Shown here piece after piece: positions 22,001 through 32,252 of a stretch of DNA of 64,000 nucleotides (position 1 is its first letter; the number at the start of each line of letters is the position of its first letter). This stretch comes from an uncultured delta proteobacterium (GTDB lineage Bacteria > Desulfobacterota > Zymogenia > Zymogenales > Zymogenaceae): NCBI GenBank assembly GCA_963792965.1, contig CAWBYW010000035.1, positions 32,001 to 96,000 on the forward strand, given 5' to 3'. The translations under genes and the position numbers were made by a program. Below the pieces are notes generated by a model. That model was not told the origin of the DNA. It saw only the letters and a program-made list of their open reading frames with translations, and did no database searches.

Positions 22001-23731
22001 ATGCTTACCGATAAAGAGCTCCAGACGCTCGAGGATATCGTTTCTCCGCGGTGGGTTTTCACCTCACCGTGCATGATGGACACCTATTCTTTTTATATGA
22101 ATCCCGAGACGCTCAACCGTGAGGGGGGGCGCTGGACGCCCCGACCCGTGGCGGTCGTCCTGCCAAGCAGCACGAAAGAGGTGCAGGAAATCATGCGGTT
22201 CTGCAACTCGACCGACCTCATGGCAAAACCGCTTTCAACGGGATTCCATACCGTTGCGGCGGCATCACGCGACCGGGTGATCGTCCTGGATCTGAAACGT
22301 ATGAACCGGATAATCGATATCGACGTGAAGAATCAGATCGCCATCGTCGAGCCCTACGTCAAGGCCTACGAGCTCCAATCCGAGCTCTTCAAGCACGGCC
22401 TCAACGTGCACATCATATCGTCGGGCAGCAACCATTCCATCCTTGCCTCCCACGCCGCCGCATGGGGATACGGCTTCAGCGGCCCCTCGACAAGCCACAG
22501 CGGCAGGAATCTCTTGGGTGTCGAATGGGTGTTGCCGACCGGCGACGTCTACACGCTCGGCAGCGGCGGCATCGGAACCGGCTGGTTCACCGCCGACGGA
22601 CCCGGCCCATCCATGAGGGGGATCCTTCGGGGATTTTCCGGGACGTTTGGCGGGTTGGGCGTCTTCACCAAGTGCGCGGTGAAACTCTATAATTGGAGCG
22701 GCCCCAGCACCTGGGAGGTGCGCGGGAAGGCCCCGGTCTATTTCCTGAAAGAATGTCCACGCAACATCCGGATGAATATACTCTCCTTTCCCACGGCCCA
22801 GGCCATGAGGGACGCGGGATACAAGCTCGGAGAGGCCCAGATCGAGTTTGCGCAGTTTCGCACCCCCATGTTCTTTGTCGCGCTCGGGCTCACCGAGAAC
22901 AACGAAGAGCTCAAGACGGCCCTGGAAACCGGGATATTCGAAAAGATCGCCAATTACGTGCTGGTCAATGCCGTCGTCGGCAATTCCGAGGGGGAGCTTA
23001 AATGGAAGATGAAGGCCATGAGGGAGATTCTCAAAGAGACCGGGGGCGTGTCGTTTCCCCTCTTCTTGAAGCCTTCCGCGAAGATGCTCGAGATCGTCCG
23101 CAAGATGAGGCGCTCGCCCTTCACGGGTTGGATGATCGACGGCATAAAGGATCCGCTGTTGCCGCTACGACGATTCCCCTTCCTGCAACGGATCGTCGAT
23201 CAGCTTCCTATCGGCCGGCAAAACCGAATTGAGACCTATTCGAGGCTGTTTTGGCTCCTCGTCCGGAACGCCGTGAACACCCAGGCGACCTCGCGTCCTT
23301 CCCAGGGGATGAACACGATGATGGGATCCTTCGATACGTGGGACCTCGGCGTCCGCCAGTCCGAGTGGATCGCGGGGGCTAAGCAAAAATACATCAGGCG
23401 CGGACACATCGTGGACGATGGGGGCGACCTCGGCTGCGGGGGAACGTACGAAGGAGGTCACCTCGGCTACATTGAGGGGATCATCCTCTATAACACGAAG
23501 GACCAGCAGTCCATCATCGATACGGGCGACCTGATCAACGAGGGAATCGACGCCACTATCCAGCAGGCGATGGGTATCCCGATCGCCGGTATGGGCGTCG
23601 CGATGAACGAACGGCTCGGCCCCGCGTGCGGCAATTATCATATATGGCAAAGCAAGATTAAGAAGGCGCTTGACCCGAACAACGCATCCGATCCGTTCTT
23701 CTACGCCGAGCCCGAGAAGGATGAAACGTAA
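22001..23731 (+). CDS. FAD-binding oxidoreductase (VAO/PCMH/GlcD superfamily), second paralog
   Basis: PVAVVLPSSTKEVQ, LDLKRMNRII, VEPYV, LLGVEWVLPTG, GGLGVFTKCAVKL, KIKKALDPNN. Confidence 0.85.
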   Translation: MLTDKELQTLEDIVSPRWVFTSPCMMDTYSFYMNPETLNREGGRWTPRPVAVVLPSSTKEVQEIMRFCNSTDLMAKPLSTGFHTVAAASRDRVIVLDLKRMNRIIDIDVKNQIAIVEPYVKAYELQSELFKHGLNVHIISSGSNHSILASHAAAWGYGFSGPSTSHSGRNLLGVEWVLPTGDVYTLGSGGIGTGWFTADGPGPSMRGILRGFSGTFGGLGVFTKCAVKLYNWSGPSTWEVRGKAPVYFLKECPRNIRMNILSFPTAQAMRDAGYKLGEAQIEFAQFRTPMFFVALGLTENNEELKTALETGIFEKIANYVLVNAVVGNSEGELKWKMKAMREILKETGGVSFPLFLKPSAKMLEIVRKMRRSPFTGWMIDGIKDPLLPLRRFPFLQRIVDQLPIGRQNRIETYSRLFWLLVRNAVNTQATSRPSQGMNTMMGSFDTWDLGVRQSEWIAGAKQKYIRRGHIVDDGGDLGCGGTYEGGHLGYIEGIILYNTKDQQSIIDTGDLINEGIDATIQQAMGIPIAGMGVAMNERLGPACGNYHIWQSKIKKALDPNNASDPFFYAEPEKDET

Positions 23732-23747
23732 TAGAGGGAGACTCACG

Positions 23748-24791
23748 ATGAGCAGGTCCGTAATTGAGCAATGGTCCGGTCCCGGGAAAAAGGACGGCAC
23801 GATCAATTTGATCGCGCCCGTCGAGAATGCCGTTCATGAGGTGGAGGGCAGGACGTACCTTGAGTGGTGGTATTTTGACGCCATCCTCGAGTCCGGCCAT
23901 GTGGTCGTGGGGTTTCTCCAGGCATCGGAGCTCTTGAGCCGCAAACCCGGCGTGGAGCTCCACATCTATCAACCCTCGGGAGAGAAGCTGTCGGTGATCC
24001 GTCCCTATACAAAGGCGGACCTGAATATCTCGCCGGAGATATGCGACGTGCGGGTGGGCAACAATAGCGCGAAAGTTACCTACCCTGTCGGAGGGGGCCT
24101 GCCGACTTACCGGCTTCATATCGCCGAGGGGGAGCTTGCGGCCGATCTGACTTTTACCGTTCGGATCCCGGGATGGAGGCCCGGCCAGGGCAAGACGATC
24201 TACGGCAACAGCGGCTATTTCGCCTGGATCGTCCCGATCCCGAGGGCGGACGTCGAGGGCACGATCACGGTCAACGGCACGGTCATTCCCGCCAAGGGCG
24301 TGGGCTATCACGACCACAACTGGGGAACGGCCGACATGAAAAGGATCCTCACCCACTGGTACTGGGGGAGGATCTACGCGGAGGATTTCACGCTGATCTA
24401 TGCCTACGTGCGGACCAACCGGCGCTACGCCAATGCCTGCTCAAAGCCGCTGATGATCGCGCATAAGGATCAGATCATCCAGAGTACCGGCGAGTGGGAG
24501 CTAACCGAAGGCCGGCCCGTCTTCAATAAGAGGGCCAATCGGTCCTACCCCGAGCACGTGACCATCGACGCGCCGGGCGTCTTTTCCCTCCGGCTGGACG
24601 TCAAAGAGGTCATCGACGCGCACGATTTCCTCGAGAATCTGAATCCCGCCCTGCGGTGGGCGATCAACAAGACGTTGGGGCGGCCGGGATACTTCCGCTT
24701 CAAGTCAGACTATCTCCTCAGTGTCACCCACGACGATAAGACGTTCCGCCGCACGGGCGTAACCCCCCATGAGATGGTGGCACTGAAATAG
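23748..24791 (+). CDS. CrtC/AttH/tocopherol-cyclase/Diels-Alderase-like double beta-barrel protein
   Basis: EWWYFDA, GYHDHNWG and WYWGR motifs typical of this lipocalin-like clan. Confidence 0.7.
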   Translation: MSRSVIEQWSGPGKKDGTINLIAPVENAVHEVEGRTYLEWWYFDAILESGHVVVGFLQASELLSRKPGVELHIYQPSGEKLSVIRPYTKADLNISPEICDVRVGNNSAKVTYPVGGGLPTYRLHIAEGELAADLTFTVRIPGWRPGQGKTIYGNSGYFAWIVPIPRADVEGTITVNGTVIPAKGVGYHDHNWGTADMKRILTHWYWGRIYAEDFTLIYAYVRTNRRYANACSKPLMIAHKDQIIQSTGEWELTEGRPVFNKRANRSYPEHVTIDAPGVFSLRLDVKEVIDAHDFLENLNPALRWAINKTLGRPGYFRFKSDYLLSVTHDDKTFRRTGVTPHEMVALK

Positions 24792-24887
24792 CCGTCGAGA
24801 TCGAGGCGACACATGCGCGCTTTACAGGATCGTACATCTATGGTATGTAGAGCACGGTCTGTTTAATCCTGAGCGGCAGTAAAGCAC

Positions 24888-25541
24888 ATGACAAAGCATC
24901 AACAGTCACAGGAGACCTGGCGCCAAATCCTGGACTCCGCCGAGGACCTCTTCGCGAAGCAGGGGTACGAGGGCGCCTCCACGCGCGAGATAGCCAGGGG
25001 CGCGGGCATTTCGATCAACACCCTCCACTACCATTGCGGCGGAAAGAGGAACCTCTACGAGAAAGTGCTGGAGAGGGCCGTCGTATCGGTGACGGACCTC
25101 GTTAATGCGCACGTCGACTTGATCCTCCAAAAGGACGTGAACGATGTCGGCATGCTTGAGGAATCGATCACGAGGCTCATCAATGACCTGTTCGATATCC
25201 TCTCCGAGCACCCGAACTACGCCCGGCTCTTTCTTCGCCAGCTGTTGGTCACCGATCTCGACCTGAGGAGCGTCGAGTGGGAAAAGCTTGTCCCGACCAT
25301 TCACCTCTGGTCCGAAAGGATAGAGTCACAGGTGACCGAGGAGAGGCTCGGCGGGATGAATCTCTTCCTTTTCTTCCTCTCCGCAAGCCTCATCTACTGG
25401 GGGCTCTTTGTCCAGCCCAAGTTCATCGCGAAGTATCTCGGGCTCGATCCGGACTCCAATGAGTTTCTCACGGTTCTCAAGAACCACGCAAGAGAAATGA
25501 CGCTCAGGATGATCGAGCAGCGCCGTCCCTCCGGACCATAA
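24888..25541 (+). CDS. TetR/AcrR family regulator
   Basis: ILDSAEDLFAKQGYEGASTREIARGAGISINTLHYH..GKRNLY. Confidence 0.9.
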   Translation: MTKHQQSQETWRQILDSAEDLFAKQGYEGASTREIARGAGISINTLHYHCGGKRNLYEKVLERAVVSVTDLVNAHVDLILQKDVNDVGMLEESITRLINDLFDILSEHPNYARLFLRQLLVTDLDLRSVEWEKLVPTIHLWSERIESQVTEERLGGMNLFLFFLSASLIYWGLFVQPKFIAKYLGLDPDSNEFLTVLKNHAREMTLRMIEQRRPSGP

Positions 25542-25873
25542 CCCTTGTCGCATCCACGGACTCTCCCGAAACCCCTGCCGGACCTATTATAGCGCCCTTC
25601 CCTGCATCGGCGTCCCCGTGCTGCTGAGTGGCGGAGGGAAGGATAGTGGCCGCCGAGCCCCAGGAAAACAACATCTGCCCAACTTTTTCATTTCGATAAC
25701 GTATCGCGTCATTTATATAAACTTCTCTATAATTATGGATTTTTAATATTGACATTCCCGCACGAAACTGCTTTATAGTATTTGAATTTTTCTAAGCCAT
25801 CTTGCATCATGCTCCTGTGGATTTCCCCGTGAAACTGAGCATCCGTTCGTGCCTGCTGCACGAACTCACCATT

Positions 25874-25889
25874 GGGCAGAAACCTTGCT
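25874..25889 (+). promoter_or_regulatory. Candidate sigma54 (-24/-12) promoter
   Basis: GGGCAGAAACCTTGCT has GG-N10-GC spacing with TTGC, about 30 nt upstream of the ATG at 25918. Confidence 0.5.
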
Positions 25890-25917
25890 TTCGCTATCAA
25901 TCTTCGGGAGGTATCCG

Positions 25918-28693
25918 ATGAAATCATATCGACTGTACGCCATCTTGATCTCTCTCCTTGTGATCCTTTCGGCCGGCATATTCGTGCCGGGCGCCGCGCT
26001 TGCGGCGGACACCGATTCGTCTCATTCCGTCTACTTCCGGCCGGCCATCAGGTTCGGGACGGACAACCGGACGCTCTACATCCTCGATCTTTTGGCGCCG
26101 GTCTATCGGGGCGACAAGGACCTCTTCTTTGTCAACGCGAAGTTCACCCCCGACGACCTCGACGCCTGGGAGATCGAACGCGGGCCTCGGGTACCGTCGG
26201 CTCGTCCTGGACGACAAACTCCTTCTCGGCGGGAACCTCTTCTATGACCACCGGAAGACCTCCTACGGCTCCCACTTCAACCAGATCGGGCTGGGCGCCG
26301 AGGCGATGACGGAGATCAAGGGGATCGGCCTGACGGGACGGATCAACTACTATCAGCCGTTCGATAAGGTCAGGAAGGGCGAAGACTCCGCCTACGCCTT
26401 TTACGGCAACGGCATCTACGGCGCCGGCGTCGAGGAGGCGATGACGGGCCTCGACTACGAGGCGGGCGTGCGCATCCCCTTTGTCTCGAACTACGTGGAG
26501 ACCTGGGCCTACGCGGGGGGGTATAACTTCTTCGGAAGCCACGTGCCGGACGTGAACGGGTTCTCGGCCCGGATCGAGGCCATACCCACCGATTTCATGC
26601 GGCTGAACTTCGAGTATAGAAACGATAACGTCGACCACGACCAGTTCTACGGCGAGGTGGCCTTTGAAGTGCCCTTCTCCGTCGGCAACCTCGTGACGGG
26701 CAAGAACCCCTTCGAGGGCCTCGGCTCCCGCATCGGGGGCACCCGGGATCTCAAGGGGCGGATGGTGGAGCCGGTGCGGCGTGATGTGGACATCGTCGTG
26801 AAGGACGGCGCGCTTTCCCCCGAGGAAGCCGCCGCCAACGGCGACATGGCCGCCGGCGCGATCTTCGTCTCCGACAACGCGCCTACCGGCGGGGACGGCT
26901 CATTTGAGCACCCGTACAACAACCTCGGGGACGCGGCCAATGATCTCCGCCTGGGCAACACCATCAGCATCGTTCACGTGCTTCCGGGCAACGGCTCGGG
27001 CCTTTCGGGAGAGACGTTCAACCAGGCGGGCATCACCATCTGGGGCGCGGGGGCGGCTAACCCCGCCTTCCCGAACGTGGTCAACTTCGTGCAGGGCTGG
27101 CCCCTCGTTTACTCGACGCTCTCCATGGGCGGCCCGAACATGAAGGTGCTGGGGCTCAACCTTGACGTCTCGAACTACAGCGCCATAGAGGTTCAGACCG
27201 GCGCCCTGTCCACGGGCTTTTCGATTTTCTCAAACAGGATATCCAACCACGGGGGGATCTACGGGATCCACGCGGAAGGCTTGGGAGACGTCGGCGCGCC
27301 GGGCGCGCCCGCGATCATCTCCGGCAACAGCATCACGGTAGGCTCCGGCAATGGCTTAAACGCGGCGATAGGGACGTATCTCGAATCGTACGAGGGCAAC
27401 ATCTACGCCCGGATACTCAACAACGCGATAACGGACCTCGAAGGCGAATACCACGCGGCCGGAATCGAAGTAACCGCGGACAGCGGAGATTTTATCGGCT
27501 CGATTTCCGGAAACACCATCTCAGGGATCTACTCGGGTGGAGAATCCTACGGGATCTATGTAGGTGCCGGTAATGATTTCAGGGGCGACATTTCTGGAAA
27601 CAGGATCTCCGACATCGATGCCTTTGACAACTACGGGATCTCCGCGATCGGCATCTACGTCGGAGCGGACAACAACATGGCGGCCTCCATCTCCGGAAAC
27701 ACCGTCAGCGGCATCTACGCCGACTATGCCGATGGAGCCTACGCGTCCGGCATCTCTGTAGAAGCGAACGACGGAGACGTTACCGGCTCGATTACCGGAA
27801 ACACCGTCAGCGACGTCAGCGCCTCCGACGCCTATCGTACCGAAGCCAGCGGGATTGACGCTTACGCGGATGGTGATTTTACCGGCTCGATCACCGGAAA
27901 CAGGGTCAGCGGCATCCACGCCGGCCCCGCCGAAGAAGCCTACGCGTCCGGCATCTCTGCAGAAGCTGACAACGGAGACTTTACCGGCTCGATTACCGGA
28001 AACGCCGTCAGCGATGTCAGCGCCTCCGACGCCTACGATGCCGAAGCGTACGGGATTTACATTTATGCGGACGGTGATTTTACCGGCTCAATCTCCAAGA
28101 ACACCGTCAGCGGCATCTATGCCGACTCTAACGGAGAAGCCTACGCGTACGGGATTTACGGTTACGCGAATGGTGATTTCCCCGGCTCGATCTCCAAAAA
28201 CACGATAACGGGGGTGAGCGCCGACGGCGCCGACTGGGGCTCGGCGAACGGTATTGAGGCGGATACGGACGGCATGTTCGGCGGCTCGATTTCCGGAAAT
28301 AAGATATCCGGTGTCGATGGCTGGGATAATGCGGCGGGGATCCGTCTCTCTGCCAACGATGACATCACGGGGTCCATAACGAACAACCTCCTGGAGGTCA
28401 CCGCCGAATATGACGCGTACGGCCTGATAGCGGGTACGTCCGGCTCCCTTGGGACGGCCTCGTCGCCCCTCATCTTCACCGGAAACAGCGGGACCGTCAA
28501 CGCGCTGGCCGCCTATATGGCGTACCTGTATACGGGCACCCCGTCTACGAGCAGCGTCTACATCGGGCACGGCCACGACGACATGGGCGATAACCACTTT
28601 TCCACCACCGGCGCTTGGGCCGGCAACTATCCTGGCTCCGGCGGCCGGATCTGGGCCGAGTGGTATCCGGGCTTTAACTACATCCATCCGTAG
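25918..28693 (+). CDS. Inverse autotransporter beta-domain protein with right-handed beta-helix passenger, frameshift at ~26175
   Basis: Signal peptide; NAGLGYRR, GGNLFYD, QIGLGAE, RINYYQP, GLDYEAG, RMVEPVRRDVDIVV beta-domain motifs; GDGSFEHPY, then many 'GSI(S/T)GN.(I/V)S' repeats. Confidence 0.8.
27480..28320 (+). repeat. Intragenic ~33-aa coding repeats, including a near-identical 201-nt duplication (27737 vs 27938)
   Basis: gcctacgcgtccggcatctctg...ttaccggctcgattaccggaaac..cgtcagcga.gtcagcgcctccgacgccta occurs twice with a 201-nt period. Confidence 0.85.
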
Positions 28694-28730
28694 GTCCTAA
28701 CGGGCCTCGGCACAGCCAGAGGTAAAACGA

Positions 28731-28762
28731 AAGAGGGGAGGGATAAATATCCCTCCCCTTTC
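28731..28762. terminator. Probable bidirectional terminator between convergent genes
   Basis: aagaggggagggata-aa-tatccctcccctttc inverted repeat. Confidence 0.65.
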
Positions 28763-28832
28763 ATATTCTCCTCTCGGATTAATGTCTAACGTCGCCCCTC
28801 CCGCGCCGGTCGTCTCTTCCATCGGCGGGCTC

Positions 28833-29426
28833 TCACTTCTTTTCCAGCGCGAAATAGCAGACCTCGTCCCCCTTCGCCATACATTTGGTCTCGCGCGACA
28901 AATACTTCCCTTTCCCGAATGCCCAGTCGGCCAGGAACTGGATTGCCCCCTCATACACGGCGCACATGCTTCGCTTGGTCTTGTTCTTATACTCCAGGCA
29001 CATGAAGCAATCCGGGACCGTCAATTCGTCCGGCTCATTGTCCTTAAGGACGGAGGTCCCCTTGCCGGAAATCACGGAGAATATTTTGAGTCCCTCGTGG
29101 AACTTCTCGAGCTCCGCCAAAGCGTTGAAGTTATCCAGCATGTGGCCCCTCTCCACGGCATACTGCATAACCGTATAGGCGATTCTCCTCCAGAGGCTGA
29201 TAGCGCCGTTGAGCCCCATGACATCGACGATATTCATATAGAACTTGATCTGTTCGGTGGTTGGAATGCACGGCTCAAAATTATATTCCGGAGGATTCTG
29301 TACGATATGTGCGAGCCCCGCGTTCCTGAAGAGCACTTCCGTCCCGTTCTTGCCCATGATCTCCACCATCGCATCGACCGCCCCCCTGATCGCCATGTTC
29401 GTGGCCATTTTCACTTGTTCCGCCAT
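28833..29426 (-). CDS. Stand-alone V4R domain protein
   Basis: AMVEIMGKNGTEVLFRNAGL, DCFMC, SMCAVYEG, RETKCMAKGDEVCYF. Confidence 0.8.
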   Translation of the reverse strand: MAEQVKMATNMAIRGAVDAMVEIMGKNGTEVLFRNAGLAHIVQNPPEYNFEPCIPTTEQIKFYMNIVDVMGLNGAISLWRRIAYTVMQYAVERGHMLDNFNALAELEKFHEGLKIFSVISGKGTSVLKDNEPDELTVPDCFMCLEYKNKTKRSMCAVYEGAIQFLADWAFGKGKYLSRETKCMAKGDEVCYFALEKK

Positions 29427-29728
29427 ATACGACCTCACTATGTATATAAAAGTTTTCCCAGTAGATAATTATCACTTTCACCGAAGAAATGGAAGAGAAA
29501 ACAGTATCTTCATTTGCCATTTTCTGAGATACCTGCTTTACGCATCCGCCGGTTTCGCATACCCCTCCGGTCTTCTGATACGTGCTGGATCTTTCCCATG
29601 AGCGTTCTCCAAAAATGAATCGGGGAATCGCCCCATCCGCAATTCCCCGATATCATTTTACGCCGCGAGCATGCCCGCCGATGTCAGACCCCGGGCCTGC
29701 CCGTCCCTCGTGACCTTTCTACTTCACC

Positions 29729-31159
29729 TCACTCCTTTATCCCCGCCAACCTCTTGACGATCCGCTTTTTCTCCCCGATGTCGTACGTGCCCATGATGGC
29801 GATAGATTCCATGACCGGGGAGCCGCCCCCATGGACGCCGGCATACTGGAGCACCCCTCCGATGGCCGACACCGTAAGGTCGGAGATCAACCGGAAGCAG
29901 CGGTACTGGTCCTCCGGCGAGATATCGTCTTTCCTCTTCATGTATTTTTGAACCAGCGCCCCAACCTCCGGGCTGAGGAACTCTTCGTCGTACGGGATCG
30001 TCGCCGGAAGCCCTCCCGCGAGATCACAGATGATCTCGTATTCGTGGTAGATGTTCATGCCGGCGTGGCGTCTGCCGACGTTGCAGTAGACGACGTTCGG
30101 GATCTGTGTCCCGGAGGGATGTTTGGTGCTTTCCACCGCAGCCGCTATTCCCGCGCCGTACGTCAGCTCGGCCACGCTGACGAGCTCGGCCAGCTTGTCG
30201 CGCACGTGGGCCGACTTCTCCAGGCCGTTGTACTCGGCCACGAGCGCCGATGCGCCCGACACGATATCGGTCACCGCCGGCTTGCAGCCCGTGTAGCTGT
30301 GCCGGTGATAGAGGGCGAACAGAAGGGCGAGCTGGCCGCCGTATTCGGTCTCGCCGGCCAGGAAAATTCGCTCGTTGGGGACAAATACGTCGTCAAATAT
30401 CGTCAGCGAGTCCGCGGCACCGAACTGCGTAATGGGCGCCTCCAATTTCGCCTGCCGTGGCCGCACCTGTGTCGCCCGGGCTACCATCTTGACCCCCGGG
30501 GTGTCGGCCGGAATCGCGAAGGCGACCGCCCAATCGGACTCGTCTTTCGTCAAGAATCTCGTGGGGATCGCGATAACCTCTTCCGCGTACGGCGCCATGG
30601 TGTTGTGGGCCTTGGCGCCCCGCACAACGATGCCGTCCTTCTTTCGCTCGACGATCCTCAGGTAGAGGTCGGGGTCCGTCTGCTCGTGGGGACGTCTGGT
30701 CCGGTCGCCCTTGACGTCAGTCTGGGCGCAGCAGCCGACCATGTTCTTTTCCTGGAAGTTCTTGAGGAATTCGAGAAAACGTTTGTTATACTCGGTCCCC
30801 TTGTCCTGATCGCATGCGTAGGTGACCACGGAAAGGGCGTTGATGACGTCTATGCCCATGCAGCGCTGGATGCAGCCGCCGCACTCCCGGCACAGGAGCC
30901 GCGTCATTTTTTGCTTCTTGATGAGGTCATCGATGCTCTGGTGCACGTGGGTGAAGCGACTGATTGGTTTGCCGGAAAGATGAGAGGTGGCAAGTATCAC
31001 GTCCTTCATCGCCGGGTTGGTCTGCGCGTCGAAGGTAAGCCCGACGATCGTCTTTCCGGCCAGCAGCTTCGGATCGTTCCTCCCCACTTTTTGGCCGCCG
31101 ATATAGATGTTCGGCTTGAGCATACTGAGGGCCTCGAAATAGTCTTCTTTCGTTCTCAC
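29729..31159 (-). CDS. 4-hydroxybutyryl-CoA dehydratase/vinylacetyl-CoA isomerase-like protein (AbfD/HpaB superfamily)
   Basis: CIQRC and HRHSYTGCK Fe-S ligand motifs, AQTDVKGDR, DGIVVRGAKAH, IFDDVFVPNERIF, HGGGSP. Confidence 0.85.
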   Translation of the reverse strand: MRTKEDYFEALSMLKPNIYIGGQKVGRNDPKLLAGKTIVGLTFDAQTNPAMKDVILATSHLSGKPISRFTHVHQSIDDLIKKQKMTRLLCRECGGCIQRCMGIDVINALSVVTYACDQDKGTEYNKRFLEFLKNFQEKNMVGCCAQTDVKGDRTRRPHEQTDPDLYLRIVERKKDGIVVRGAKAHNTMAPYAEEVIAIPTRFLTKDESDWAVAFAIPADTPGVKMVARATQVRPRQAKLEAPITQFGAADSLTIFDDVFVPNERIFLAGETEYGGQLALLFALYHRHSYTGCKPAVTDIVSGASALVAEYNGLEKSAHVRDKLAELVSVAELTYGAGIAAAVESTKHPSGTQIPNVVYCNVGRRHAGMNIYHEYEIICDLAGGLPATIPYDEEFLSPEVGALVQKYMKRKDDISPEDQYRCFRLISDLTVSAIGGVLQYAGVHGGGSPVMESIAIMGTYDIGEKKRIVKRLAGIKE

Positions 31160-31323
31160 TATCCACCTCTAAAAGGATTTATTGGCATACGGCCGTCTCT
31201 TGATAGCCGACTCCTCCCTGCATCCAGGAGATGCCCGCGTACGCTCCCGCCGGAAAGCCCGGTCGCCCGGCGTTGCCGAGACGCCGAGCGCGAATGGTCG
31301 TGCGTCTATTTCCACGGGCATTA

Positions 31324-31341
31324 TTTGTACGATCGTACAAA
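31324..31341. promoter_or_regulatory. Perfect 18-bp palindrome TTTGTACGATCGTACAAA (second site AACTGTACAGTT at 31376-31387), probable TetR operators
   Basis: Exact inverted repeats in the divergent abfD-like/TetR intergenic region. Confidence 0.7.
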
Positions 31342-31508
31342 AGGTACCACACGAGTCAGAGGGTGTCAAGGGAAAAACTGTACAGTTGTCCAAAAACTGC
31401 TTGCGTCGACCACCGAATATGTGCTACATAAGAGGTGAGCTAACGAGAGGGGATTTTGAGCCCGGCGTCACTGTTAGTGTACCGCACAAGTGCGGGCAGG
31501 ATGAATAT

Positions 31509-32141
31509 ATGCACACTCAGGACGAGAGAAACGATTTCAGAGGGACCCGCGAAGCAGTGCTCGGCGCGGCGTGTCGTGTCTTTTCCCGGCACCCCTACAA
31601 CGCGGCAAGCATCCGCATGATCGCCCGGGAAGGCGGCTTCGGCCACGCCGTCATAGGCTACTACTTTCCGACCAAGGAACAGCTCTTCCGGGCCGTGGCC
31701 GCCGAGATATGTGACGATCTCTACAATGCCAACGATCAGTGGATGGCCGAGGTGCGGCGCATGGGTTTGAGCGATGGTTTTGAGCGTTACGTGGGAAGAT
31801 TCGTCGAGTTCAGCCGGGAAAAACCCTGGGTATTGAGGATCATGATGCTCAACATCGCGGGCTCGGAGGTGGGCGCGATACCGGGGCAGGACCTCCTTAT
31901 CGAGGCGATAGAGGGCATACGGCGGATGTTCGTTTCAACCATGAAGCTCACCGCGTCCATGGAAGAGATCGGCCGTTTCTCCGACAGCTTCAACGCCATG
32001 GTTCTCTATTACCTCGGCGCACCCGAAAGCGCCGCGTGGCTCCTCAGGATGGACCTCGACAGCCCCGAATACTTCCGGTGGGTGCAGAAAACCCTTGTAT
32101 CGGTTTTCCTGCCGATGCTGGGCGGGTTGTTTGAACGATGA
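31509..32141 (+). CDS. TetR/AcrR family regulator
   Basis: TREAVLGAACRVFSRHPYNAASIRMIAREGGFGHAVIGYYFPTKEQLF. Confidence 0.88.
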   Translation: MHTQDERNDFRGTREAVLGAACRVFSRHPYNAASIRMIAREGGFGHAVIGYYFPTKEQLFRAVAAEICDDLYNANDQWMAEVRRMGLSDGFERYVGRFVEFSREKPWVLRIMMLNIAGSEVGAIPGQDLLIEAIEGIRRMFVSTMKLTASMEEIGRFSDSFNAMVLYYLGAPESAAWLLRMDLDSPEYFRWVQKTLVSVFLPMLGGLFER

Positions 32142-32208
32142 CCGTCCGGCCCCTTCCCTCTCCTTTCGACCCGATATGACGCCGACGGCAAGGGATATAC
32201 ATAAATAA

Positions 32209-32234
32209 AAAAGGCCGGATTACTCCGGCCTTTT
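32209..32234. terminator. Bidirectional intrinsic terminator
   Basis: aaaaggccgga-ttac-tccggcctttt between convergent genes. Confidence 0.8.
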
Positions 32235-32252
32235 CGAGTAGGGTCGAGATAG

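Noticed and set aside
27480-28320. Template/variable repeat pair of a diversity-generating retroelement
   Set aside because: The repeats are tandem and intragenic, differences are not adenine-specific, and there is no reverse transcriptase.
29831-31438. Long antisense ORFs (also 2597..3973, 48187..49401, 62669..63964)
   Set aside because: Shadow frames of well-supported genes in GC-rich DNA, with no recognisable motifs.
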